A DNA stretch of 64,000 nucleotides from Octopus sinensis. Lineage: Eukaryota. Shown here in pieces: positions 1-11,472 of the stretch; positions within the stretch are counted from its first letter, which is position 1, and each line of letters begins with the position of its first letter. The position numbers and the translations under genes were made by a program. The notes under the pieces were generated by a model. That model was not told the DNA's origin and did not search any database. It was given only the letters and a program-made list of their open reading frames with translations. Location: assembly GCF_006345805.1 (NCBI RefSeq), contig NC_043006.1, positions 10,416,001 through 10,480,000 of the forward strand. The letters are read 5' to 3'.

Positions 1-380
1 TTCAGTCATTTGACTGCGGCCATGCTGGAGCACCGCCTTTAGTCGAGCAAATCGACCCCGGGACTTATTCTTTGTAAGCTCAGTGCTTATTCTATCGGTC
101 GCTTTTGCCGACCGCTAAGTGACGGGGACGTAAACACCCAGCATCGGTTGTCAAGCAATGCTAGGAGACAAACAGAGACACAAACACACACACACCACAA
201 CACACACACACATATAATATTATACATACGACAGGCTTCTTTCAGTTTCCGTCTACCAAATCCACTCACAAGGCATTGGTCCGCCCGGGGCTATAGCAGA
301 AGAACACTTGCCCAAGATGCCACGCAGTGGGACTGAACCCGGAACCATGTGGTTGGTTAGCAAGCTACTTACCACACAGC
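1..380 (-). mobile_element. tRNA-derived SINE family A (CORE-like centre, LINE-derived tail); 3' end cut by window edge
   Basis: Reverse complement matches the copy at 6300-6723: head GCTGTGTGGTAAGTAGCTTG..GGTTCAGTCCCAC, CORE-like CTTGGGCAAGTGT(T)CTT, tail GGCGGTGCTCCAGCATGGCCGCAGTCAAATGACTGAA. Confidence 0.9.
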
Positions 381-384
381 ACAC

Positions 385-702
<318 letters not shown>

Positions 703-887
703 AGTTAATAACAAGGATAACAAGGTATTTTCAATCTGAGCAGAAATCTCCTTAAGCCCCCTGTCAACATAAATAAACCAGGCTAACAGTAGGTTTTCTT
801 GAATTATATAGATCTCCAGGTAATCTTAAGACGTGATCTGGAGATGTAATCCACCAACAGTCCATGGTTACATTCCCAATTTAGTAT

Positions 888-1190
888 GGTGTGTGGCTCA
901 GTGGTTAGAGCGTCAGGCTCAGAATCATGATGTTGTAAGATCTATTCTCGGACCAGGCTCTGTTGGGTTCTTGAGCAAGACATTTTATTTCACATTCCTC
1001 CACTTCACTCAGTATCATCACATGTGCCAAACTGTATCGGCCTCTGCCTTTCCCTTGGATGACATCAGTGGCGTGGAGAAGGGAAGCTTGTATGCATGGC
1101 TGACTGATAGTCTTCCACAAACATCCTTTCCCGGACTTATGCATCGGAGGGTAACTTTCTAGGTGATATTTCATGGTCTTTTCCCTTTAC
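888..1190 (+). mobile_element. Old tRNA-derived CORE-like SINE (family D)
   Basis: A-box-like TGGCTCAGTGGTTAGAGC and CORE-like TTCTTGAGCAAGACATTTTATTTCAC; related minus-strand fragments at about 24160-24240. Confidence 0.6.
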
Positions 1191-1503
1191 CGTTTTCATA
1201 GTGTGATATACCACAGAAAGCATAAATAATGGGTTTTATACATTTATTTATTTGTGTATCGTTGCCTTATATCTGTTTCTCATTTGCATTTTACTTGCTT
1301 TCATGTTTCCGTTTACTGACTCAGTTGAGTGATCGCTTGGAAAGGGTGAACGACCGTTATAAATGTTATCGTATTCAGAACCGGCGGATTTTATGCAAAG
1401 GTGTACGAAATCGAAAATAATAAACATTTAGAAAGAAAGGCGAAGAGTAATGGAATGAAAGAATGAAAATAGGAAAATAGAAGAGGATAAAAGGGAAAAG
1501 ACG

Positions 1504-1542
<39 letters not shown>

Positions 1543-2259
1543 CCAGGAAATTAAGGAAGAGGAGGGGAGGAAAGTTACTTACGGTTGTATTTATAATGAC
1601 CAAGGTAACCCTTTCCTAGTCATTAGTCTTAGTTTGTTGTAGACTGTTACTAGGGTTAAATAGTATCAACGTAGTTTATTGAAATTTGATACCCACAAAC
1701 TTCTCTAGTGATCATCTCTTGATAATTTTTGCTATATAAAGGTCATAGCTTGTTGGATTACTATTATATTACTGGTGTTCTAGCTTAGTGTTTGTTGTCA
1801 TGTGCTAAGGTAGCTTATTTTTCCAAGTTATTCAGAATGTATAATACGGGAATCGATACGGGAGATTTAGGTAAAATAAAATATTAAATAAAATAAAATA
1901 GGTATTTTATTAGGATTAGAAGTTAATGAAATTATACACCAATCAATAGGGTAAACTAAAATGATAAAGATTACAAGAAAATGATAACCAAGACAAAAGG
2001 TAAAGCACTAGAAAAAACCAAATAAAATAGTGGGAAAATAAAATTACATAAATGAAGTCAATTAAACAGGAGTCAGTTACGGGACATAATCAGATACAAT
2101 GAATTAAAATACAAGGAGATAATAAACGGCCATGCAACCCAAAGTTGCAGAAATAAATGCCGTTCTATGATAATGTGATTGATATGTGCAAATACACAGT
2201 AATGAAATAATATTCACAGAATAAAAATATAAAATAAAAAATAAAATTTTATACAAATA

Positions 2260-2410
2260 GGCGCAGGAGTGGCTGTGTGGTAAGGAGCTTGCTTCCCAAC
2301 CACATACTTTTAGGTTCAGTCCCACTGCATGGTACCTTGGTCAGTTGTCTTCTACTATAGCCTCGGGCCGACAAAGCTTCGGTAGCCGGGATCTGAAATA
2401 AGCCCGTCAT
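2260..2410 (+). mobile_element. SINE family A, 5' fragment
   Basis: GGCGCAGGAGTGGCTGTGTGGTAAG..GGTTCAGTCCCACTGC head, ending in (TA)n. Confidence 0.85.
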
Positions 2411-2411
2411 A

Positions 2412-2502
<91 letters not shown>

Positions 2503-2783
2503 ATAAAAGTATATTTGAAAATGCAATGGACTTTTAGAGATGATTATGAGTTGAACGGTCTCACTTTTTTAGAAAGATTGTCAAAAGTAAAATGTAAAGC
2601 TTTGTATAAGCTTTGTTGTGTTAAGTACTGCTTATCACAAAGGTATTAACTACAGTCATACATTCTTTGATAATGATAAGGAAATGTTAAAAACAGTTTA
2701 CAAGGAAGTATTCAAGAAACTATTCGAGAACGGGACTAAAATAAGTAATTTGGAGTTCAATGAAAATCATGTTTGTTTGGTAG

Positions 2784-2858
<75 letters not shown>

Positions 2859-2870
2859 AGGAGTAACTGC

Positions 2871-2941
2871 TCTGTCTCACATTTTCTGTCTCGTGTGTAG
2901 CTAAGGAATGTTTCTACACACAAGACAAAATGTGAGACAGA
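2871..2941. other. 71-nt hairpin (pre-miRNA-like or tiny MITE)
   Basis: TCTGTCTCACATTTTCTGTCTCGTGTGTAG pairs with CTACACACAAGACAAAATGTGAGACAGA; 13-nt loop, one bulge and one mismatch. Confidence 0.8.
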
Positions 2942-3117
2942 CACGTCTGTTATTCCACTCCAATTTTTTATAAATTCTTAAATATATCTCCTTCTGCATA
3001 TATATATAAGCATTTCAGATATAGGGTGAAATATAATTAATTTAATAAAATCAACAAATTTCACCTAGTAGTATTTCGGTATGGAAAAAGAGTATATTCG
3101 GTAAAAACTTATATAAT

Positions 3118-3347
3118 TATAACAATAAGGGTTTTTGCAACGATTTGCTTGACCACATACCTAAAATGTTACATATAGCAGCCAAAGAACTACTGTTTCC
3201 TTTCTCTACAAAAATATGTCCCCACAGACAACAATATTCGTAACTCACATATGGCAAAAAAAAAAGAAATAGTTGTCCTTTGGCTGCTATTTCTAAAATT
3301 TTCGGTATGTAGTTAAGCAACTTGTTGCAAAAACCCTTATTGTTGTA
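3118..3347. mobile_element. Palindromic non-autonomous element with about 80-bp diverged inverted arms, related to the 57730-58156 palindrome
   Basis: AACAATAAGGGTTTTTGCAAC..GCAGCCAAAG versus CTTTGGCTGC..GTTGCAAAAACCCTTATTGTT; TA at both ends and (TA)n adjacent. Confidence 0.75.
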
Positions 3348-3372
3348 GACATATATATATATATATATATAT

Positions 3373-5012
3373 GATTTTGATTTTGATTTTGATTTCTCCA
3401 GTTTCAGCTAATGAGCTGTGGCCATGCTGGGGCACCGCCATTTGGTTTGCTACACGATTTTTACCTCACGGATGCTTTTTAGCAACGCCATCTGATGCAT
3501 GAGAGAGTTCGATGCAGCTGCCCTCATCTGCACCTCCTGCCGTGAAGTTGGTTCATCCGGGGACAACCTGTCAGGAAGAGATCCAGTCCTACTTTAAAGA
3601 CAATCCGCATCTACACCATGCAGGTCCCTCAGGTTCTTCGGGAGGATATTGAAGAGCTGTGGGCCTCTGAAGCCCAGGCTATCACAATATCTTGTCCTAC
3701 ATCTTGATGGCAAATTTGGAGTCCTTGGTACTACACAGTGGCGTCCGGTTCTGTCATTTGTGTGACTTTCGATGCCAAGTCTGGGACAAGTCCTTCAAGG
3801 ATCTTCCAGATATATATATGGCATATCTTTCTCGCCTACCTCCAGGGAATAGAGCTTTAAATCTCTTGAGTCTTTCCAGTAGCTCATATGCTGCACAGAG
3901 GCTATCTTCTTCGTGTAGCTTCGTTGGATCGCCTCAGTTCTGTGATCAACTTGACACTGATGGTGACCATAGCTGAGAGCAATAGTCAAAGTGGCTTAGG
4001 ACAAGTGTCTTCCAGAGGACCATCATGGTTTCTTGTTCTCTTGTTCTAAAGGTTCTAAGAATCCATCCAGCCAGCCGTCTACATTTCATTGCCAGTTTAG
4101 CAACATGTACATGAAAGGTCGCGTCATCACTCATGTGAATACCCAGGTCACGCACTGTTTGTGCCTCTGGGATTGCAATCCCTCCGGGTCCAGTGTATTC
4201 ATTGGGTATTTCATTCAGTTTGCATGCTGATAGTATAAAGCTTGAACTTTTCAGCATTGAACTGCTGCATGCTATTCTTTTCAGCCCACTTGTATATTTC
4301 GTCCAGCTCACATTGCAGGTGCTTAGTGTCTTCAGGGTTCTGTATTGCCTGTGAAACCTTTGTATCATCTGCATAACTTGTGATCGTGGCTCTCTGCGTG
4401 GCTGAGGGCATGTCTGAGAGGGCCATTATGAACAGTAGTGGTCCCAAAACAGTGCCCTGTGAACACGCTCACTATTTGCGTGTTAATGGAAGTGGCCCCA
4501 TTGGCTGCTACCACCTGACTTCTATTCTTCAGAAAGTCATGAAGCCATTCTCCCAATTTTCCAACTATGCCAAGATCACGCAGTTTGTGACATATCATTC
4601 CATGATCGACTTATCAAAGGCCTTTGCAAAGTCGAGATATATGACTTCCACATTGAGTGGTTGAGCAGTTGTTTCAGCACCCAGTCATAGTGTTGTAGAG
4701 CTGAGTTAAGCAGCTTCCTTCCTGGTCGGAAACCATGTTGGGTGTCGGGCAGCAAGTCATTTTCTTCAAGGAAGGTGATTAGTTTCCTCTGACTATTCGT
4801 TCCATGACCTTGGTGATGTGTGAGGTGAGAGAGATAGGTCTGTAGTTCTTGGCCTCCGCTCTGCTACCTCCTTTATGAATAGGGCATATTTTACCTCCTT
4901 TCAGTTTTTGGGAAGTTTGCCACTGCAAGGAAGCTCTGAAAGAGATCTGCAGTGGTCTTGCTAAGACTCTCTTACATACTTTTAGGAGGATTGCCGGGAA
5001 TCCATCGGGGCC
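3373..5012 (-). mobile_element. CR1-group non-LTR retrotransposon, 5'-truncated and internally deleted (RT plus 3' end)
   Basis: Motifs GPDGFPAILLK, NYRPISLTSH, YLDFAK, GPLLF, YADDTK, FDYCSQLWSP, GPQLFNILP across several frames; 3' stem-loop and (AAAATC)n tail. Confidence 0.92.
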
Positions 5013-5024
5013 ATATATATATAT

Positions 5025-5092
<68 letters not shown>

Positions 5093-5181
5093 AATATATA
5101 TATCTATATATATATATATATATGTATATGTATATATAATACATATACATATATATATTATATATATATATTATATATATG

Positions 5182-5212
<31 letters not shown>

Positions 5213-5243
5213 TATATATGTATATATAATATGTATAGTATAT

Positions 5244-5278
<35 letters not shown>

Positions 5279-5300
5279 GGAGAGGGAGAGAAGAGAGAGA
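5013..5300. repeat. (TA)n/(GA)n microsatellite
   Basis: Visible; abuts the truncated 5' end of the LINE. Confidence 0.95.
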
Positions 5301-5334
5301 GATATCCTACCAACCAAATACGATTTTTAATTAA

Positions 5335-5975
5335 TTCAAATTCATTATTAGTCCTGTTCTCGAATTCTTTCTTGAATACACTATTTTGTGGTTATTGTAT
5401 TACTTTTTCATGCTTCTGTAGTCGGTATTTCTCTAGTCCTATGGTGGTTAGTTTGTAATTGTTGTCTAGCTATATAAGACCTCTACCACCTTCGATATAT
5501 AGCTTTTCTATGTTATATTTTGCATTGTCCATCCTAAATCCTCTCATCATTCTTGTTTTCCTGTCTAATTTAATTACTTAATTTAGAGCCCAATTGAGGA
5601 TATTGTAACTTATAACAGGGACGACTAGAATGTTGGTACCTATTAGCGGGCAGTGTTGATAATTATTAGCATTGCTTTTCACATTGATCTAGGATCAATA
5701 ATGCGTGGGGAATACTATGAAAAGCTTTTCGGTAATCGATGCATGCCATACTTAGACCCTCCTTCTTTCTACGACTGTTTTCAGTTCTGGCTTTATGGAC
5801 CAGTAACTGATATTTACAGCCGCATGAGCCCTTGGCCATGGGTAAACATGTGGATGAAACAGGTTCCATCCAGATGGTTACCCATTCTCTGCGATATTAT
5901 TGCAGTAAAAGCTTTGTAAATTGTAGTAAGACAAGTTATCGTTCTATAATTGTGTGGGTTTGCCGTTGCAGTGGG
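5335..5975 (-). mobile_element. R4/Dong-type LINE RT remnant with internal deletions
   Basis: Fragments NYRTITCLTTIYK, KGSCGCKYQLL, IDYRKAFHSIPH, LDRKTR and LYIEGGRGL match R4/Dong RT motifs. Confidence 0.8.
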
Positions 5976-6049
5976 TTTGGAAATTAGGATAGTTTTTCCC
6001 TATATATATATGTAAATAGATAGATAAATAAATAGAGAGATATAAATAC

Positions 6050-6262
6050 ATGAGACCGGATGTGTACCGTTGGCGACTTGTTTTTCCCTCCGTCTTCCCT
6101 TCTCTGGATCTTTCCTTCTCCTATGTTTCCAACGAAGAGATCCGCTCGAAACGTTAAACCCTTCTTCCCTTCCTTCCTGAGCGTCCAATAATACTATATT
6201 TGTTCCACGTCCTCGCGTTGTTGTGTTTTCTCTTTGTGTTTTCATGTTTGGATTAACTTTAT
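6050..6262 (+). mobile_element. Dispersed PLE-like terminal repeat with degenerate minimal hammerhead (copy 1 of 4)
   Basis: GTTT-CCAACGA-AGAGATCCGCTC-GAAACGTT-AAAC at 6125-6159; homologous to 17779, 56148 and 63147. Confidence 0.8.
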
Positions 6263-6279
6263 AAATACATATACATATA

Positions 6280-6470
6280 GGCGGAGGGGTGGCTGTATAG
6301 GCGCAGGAGTGGCTGTGTGGTAAGTAGCTTGCTTACCAACTACATGGTTCCGTGTTCAGTCCCACTGCGTGGAATCTTGGGCAAGTGTCTTCTGCTGTAG
6401 CCTCGGGCCGACCAATGCCTTGTGAGTGGATTTGGTAGACGGAAACTGAAAGAAGCCCGTCGTATATATG

Positions 6471-6503
<33 letters not shown>

Positions 6504-6723
6504 ATATATGTTTGTGTGTCTATGTTTGTTCCCCCACCATCGCTTGACAACCGATGCTGGTGTGTTTACGTCCCCGTCAGTTAGCGGTTCGGCAAAAAGA
6601 GACCGATAGAATAAGCACTGGGCTTACAAAGAATAAGTCCCGGGGTCGATTTGCTCGACTAAAGGTGGTGCTCCAGCATGGCCGCATTCAAATGACTGAA
6701 ACAAGTAAAAGAGTAAAGAGTAT
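6280..6723 (+). mobile_element. SINE family A, full length, with duplicated 20-nt 5' head
   Basis: tRNA-like head, CORE-like segment, internal (TA)n/(TG)n, LINE-like tail ending AAGTAAAAGAGTAAAGAGTA. Confidence 0.92.
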
Positions 6724-7462
6724 ACAGACACACACACTCACACGCACACATATAATTTCATTAGGCCGTTAGCACTGAAGTTTTCCTTATTAAGCTAATC
6801 GATGGGCGCCGGATATTAGACTGTAAAACACATATCTGTACGCCCATAAATACGTTACAATTACGAACAAGGAGAATTGTGTGAGGAAGTCCTCTTATTA
6901 CATCAATTTGCATTTAGTTCATTGAAACTCGATCTCAAAAATATTTCGATAACATGCCATGAGATAAGGAAATCAACTTATCATTTGCTGTAGATATTAC
7001 AACTATCAACAACAATGTATATCCAAATTCATTTGGGCAGGATATCGTGATTATATTTGCATGAAAAGAAAACAAATCACTGAATGAAAATAAAAGAAAA
7101 CACTGGTTTGGATTAACTTGTCAATAAGACGAGCGAATAGAAAAAAACAGGAGAAAGAGGAATAGAAATGAATTAATCAGGATATACGAAAAATGACCCA
7201 GGTGCTTTTGCTTGTTAGGTTAGATCAAAAATGACAGGCCTGTTTGTCAATAAAATTTCCTTTAGATAGAAAAGCTGAATAATATCACCATAGAAAAAAA
7301 AACATTACATACACAAAGTTCACATGATATGTTTATGCTGTCCTTACCACAGACCCAAAAATGTATAGAATCTTCACCTCTACACACACACACGCACGCA
7401 CACACACGCACACACACACACACACGCACACGAACACACGCACACACACCCATATATATATA

Positions 7463-7500
<38 letters not shown>

Positions 7501-7743
7501 CATAACATATATATATTCAAGAATTTTTTGAGTAATAAGATAAAAAAACTAAGGCTGTGTAGATATTAGAGCATTTATAGATATACATATATACACACGC
7601 CGACATAGAACCAACGTTGAACCCTTTATTCGCAATATTACCAAATCTGGATCTTAACTATGGTCTGTCCATAGCAGCATTACCTGACACCGTTGGGTCT
7701 CAATGACACCATTATCTCTTATAACCTCAACTTCTCGCTACAT

Positions 7744-7785
<42 letters not shown>

Positions 7786-9499
7786 ATATAGATATATATA
7801 TATATATATCTGTACGCATATACGTTATTATCACTCTTGAGGTATATTTTTATTCTATCAGCTGTTTAGACAAGGAATTGCTGTTTCACTGTATATTGTG
7901 AGTACACTGATGTCTAGTAGTCTTCACATCTTCATTTTCAGCCAGATCAATGCAATTACAGGCGCAGAAGTCACTTACCACAGAATTCAGTGGTCTCACG
8001 CTCGCATGTGCCGTCACGCGAAAACAACTATGCATAAACTAGACATACACACATACATGTTATTCACGCTTACATAGCACGTCATCTTTAGTAACTCTAA
8101 AATATTAGCAAATGAATTTCTAACACCAAAGTCTTCATGATAACACATTTCTTTCTGGATACAGAGATCGAAAAACTTTTAAATTCTCGATTCTTACATT
8201 CATTCAAGTTGGCTCAATCCTTTTTCAAACACAGTATAGTCATTTTAGATAATTTGATGTGGATATAAACACATATCTTTTCACAAAAGACATTGCAAAA
8301 CTACTTGGTATATATGTATGTCTCTCTCCCTCTCACTCTCTCTCTCTCTCTTTCTATATATATATATCTATATCAATCTATCTGTCTATCTATACCTATC
8401 TAGCTGCCTATATATATATATATATATACTTTTATTTTAAGCAGCAGAAAATTCAACAAAATCTTTACTCTGAGTTTCTCGTTGCCGTTCCAGACAGTTT
8501 TTGCTAGAATGGAACTTATATATTAATTCAATCTATACTCTTACAAACGCTACACCTTTAAAAAGAAATGGACTTGTTTGATGGCCCTTTAGAAAAACGG
8601 TCAATCTTCGAGCGATAAACAAAAGGTCAAAAATATGTATATATATATAAAAAAACTATAAAAATTATAAAATCCGAGGAAAAAACCGAGGAAAAACCTA
8701 TGCCGTTAATGAAGACAGTACAAATTAATGCATAGAAATTAAACCTGTTATAAATACTGCAATACATATTTATATTAAAATCCACATATATATATATATA
8801 TATCAACATACACAAAAGGATGCGCGTAAACGCCATACATACATATACAGACGTATGAATATGAATCTAAATTATACACATAAAAGCATGTGTACATATA
8901 TTGACGCAAACCGTCTCGCACGCAAGCTAAAATTCATCTATGTAGCAATTCTCATATACTGAGCAAGGAGGGGGAACGAAAGAAAGGGAAAGAGAGAAAA
9001 AGAAACGAAGGAGGGGTGGGGAAAAAACTTGTAGCGATGTTATTGGCATCTATAGAGGCCAGTATACATACACAAGTTTGAATTGATACATATACATACC
9101 GTCGTGTGTATGCGTGCTTAAGCACAAGCATACTTTCACTTACACATACACAGATACGCATGCTTACAAATACATATGCTTTGCTATACACAAACTTATA
9201 TAAACATTCTAAATTTGACAACATTGCTTTTTTTTAAAAAACATTGCTTTTAAAAAATGGTGCATTAATAAAATATATACGAAAGACATATAAAATAAAA
9301 TATAACATCCTATTTTGGGTCATTTATAAATAATCAAGGTAATATAAATAATCAAGGTAATCCTATGCAATACAATAACATGAAAACAAAGTTTGTAGGT
9401 TTTTCCTATATATGTAGAAACAATAAGACTTTGCTATAGGTCCGTCGTAGCGCTCAAGAGTCAAAATCAAAATCAAAATCAAAATACAAAATATATACT

Positions 9500-9935
9500 C
9501 TATCCATATGGTATATTTATATTTCGACATTTTAAATTTAGCCGCGTGCCTACATAAGTTCATTAACTCACTTCTTTGATTCAAAGAATTATTGTCTTTG
9601 AATATATGTGCATTTTCTCTAATAAGCAAAGCCTGCACTTGAATTATATTTGTAAGCTCCATGCCTGTATGGTGCCGCCCTGTCCAGAATGCTCCATGTC
9701 ACGTTGAAAGGTGGGGCTTCCTTTTCTTTTAGTTCCCAGACATATTTTGCTAGGCTGGTTTTCTTCCTATTCTCTAGGTATTTAAAAGAATTCTTATGGG
9801 AATAAAATCTATATATATACATAAAATCTATATATATACATATGTATGTGAACTCCTTAGTGCCGTCTGTCACTTTAGTGATGTTCATAAAATTGCCTTT
9901 AGGTTGTCAAATTGCTAATAAACCACCCCATACTA
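9500..9935 (-). pseudogene. Penelope-like GIY-YIG endonuclease remnant (Naiad-like C-terminus)
   Basis: Frameshifted reading gives KEFTYI..RFYSHKNSF..TSLAKYVWELK..VTWSILDRAAPY..KCRLCLLEK..LNQRSELMNLCRHAAKF. The CxxC..LNxRxE..CRH pattern is recalled as Naiad/Chlamys-type, so the clade call is tentative. Confidence 0.8.
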
Positions 9936-9983
9936 TCGTCAGTTATCAAGGCAATCAAAAAATATATTTTTTGATTGCCTTGA

Positions 9984-10040
9984 TAACTGACGAGATGCCG
10001 GAGCAGGTTTCTGCCTTGGTATCCGAAACTCGGAGTTTTA
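9984..10040 (+). ncRNA. Type I hammerhead ribozyme motif (PLE-associated)
   Basis: TAA-CTGACGA-GATGCC..GGTATC(C)-GAAA-CT-CGG-AG-TT-TTA: intact core, extended stem II with one unpaired C, 3-bp stem III, GUU site, 3-bp stem I. Confidence 0.6.
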
Positions 10041-10121
10041 CTTCTGCAACTGAATAATTATCACATATTATATTACATATTTATACACACACACGCAAAC
10101 ACATACAAACACATACACACA

Positions 10122-10227
<106 letters not shown>

Positions 10228-10229
10228 GT

Positions 10230-10520
10230 GGAGGCGCAATGGCCCACAGGTTAGAGCAGAGGACTCACGGTCGAGGATCGCGTTTTCGATTCCCAGACTG
10301 GGCGTTGTGTGTGTTTATTGAGCTAATATACTTAAAAGATCCACGAGGTGGTGGCGACCCCTGTTGTACTCTTTCGCCTCAAAATTCTCTCACTCTCTCT
10401 CGCTTCCTATTTCTTGAGTAACGCTGCGATAGACTGGTGTCCTGCCCACCTGGCGGGAACACATACACCACAGAAACCAAGAAACCGGTCCCATGAGCCT
10501 GGCAAGCCTTGAAAAGGGCA
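10230..10520 (+). mobile_element. tRNA-derived SINE family C (V-domain-like segment)
   Basis: GGAGGCGCAATGGCCC..GGTTAG..TTCGATTCCC head and CTGCGATAGACTGG segment; homologous to 19410-19719. Confidence 0.85.
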
Positions 10521-10850
10521 AAAATCACGGATATATATATATATATATTTACAATTTAAATAATGACGTGATAAATTGAATAATAATTTAATTAACATCA
10601 ATTTAAAACCAGTGGTTTATTTAGCTCTGGCACGCTAAATCCCGGAAACAGTTCTGCAGAAGATAATTTACTGCAGTGAATATTGCCGGTTAGTGAACAT
10701 AATTATTTGAAATTTAAATAAGGGAGGTGATAAATTGAATACTAATTTAACATCAATTTAAAACCAGTGGTCTAGCATGACTTTGCTAATGTGTGAAGTC
10801 CGAGAGATAGGCTTATAGCTTTTGGCATCTGCTCTCTATATATATGCATA

Positions 10851-10932
10851 TATACGACGGGCTTCTTCCAGTTTCCGTCTACTAAATTCACTCACAATGC
10901 TTTGGTCGGCTCCAGGCTATAGTAGAAAACAC
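10851..10932 (-). mobile_element. SINE family A internal fragment
   Basis: TACGACGGGCTTCTTCCAGTTTCCGTCTAC..GGCTATAGTAG matches family A. Confidence 0.75.
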
Positions 10933-11419
10933 AAGAATTGTGTCGATATGTTTGCATTTGTGGAAAACTTAGGACCTTGGCTAAATTTATAGTGTACTTC
11001 TTGAAAAGCATGATTTGTATTTCTTATATCCATTTACACAAGACAGGGTTTTCTCTAGGATTCTGTGCTTCATTTATGTGGTGTGCCGTTGGCTAGCAAA
11101 CCCAGTGGCTTTACTTTTGTCGATGTATCGGAAAGAAGATTGGTGTCTTGCATAACAACTTCTGGAGTTACCTTCGCCTAAACTGATTGTATATGAAAGA
11201 GTGACTTCTTAAAAAGAAATTCCCAGACAGTTGTTATCGACTTCGACAAAGATAAGATTAGAGGAGGCCATTGTCAGTGACTCAGTCAGTATTCTATAGC
11301 AGTGTTTATGGAGAGTGTTTGAAAACACACGAATATTCATATTAATATATATATATATATATGTATATACATACATACACATTCATACAGAGGCATATAT
11401 GCTTATATGTATTTATATC

Positions 11420-11472
<53 letters not shown>

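Noticed and set aside
1560-1830. Possible PLE RT-EN linker remnant on the minus strand (RVTLVI)
   Set aside because: Too degenerate to support.
2500-2780. Coding-like stretch (HTFFDNDKEMLKTVYKEVFKKLFENG)
   Set aside because: No family motif recognised and no splice signals; may be an unclassified TE remnant.
10230-10305. tRNA-like sequences here and at 888, 6300, 19410 and 60881
   Set aside because: No complete cloverleaf was evident, and each continues into a multi-copy SINE body.
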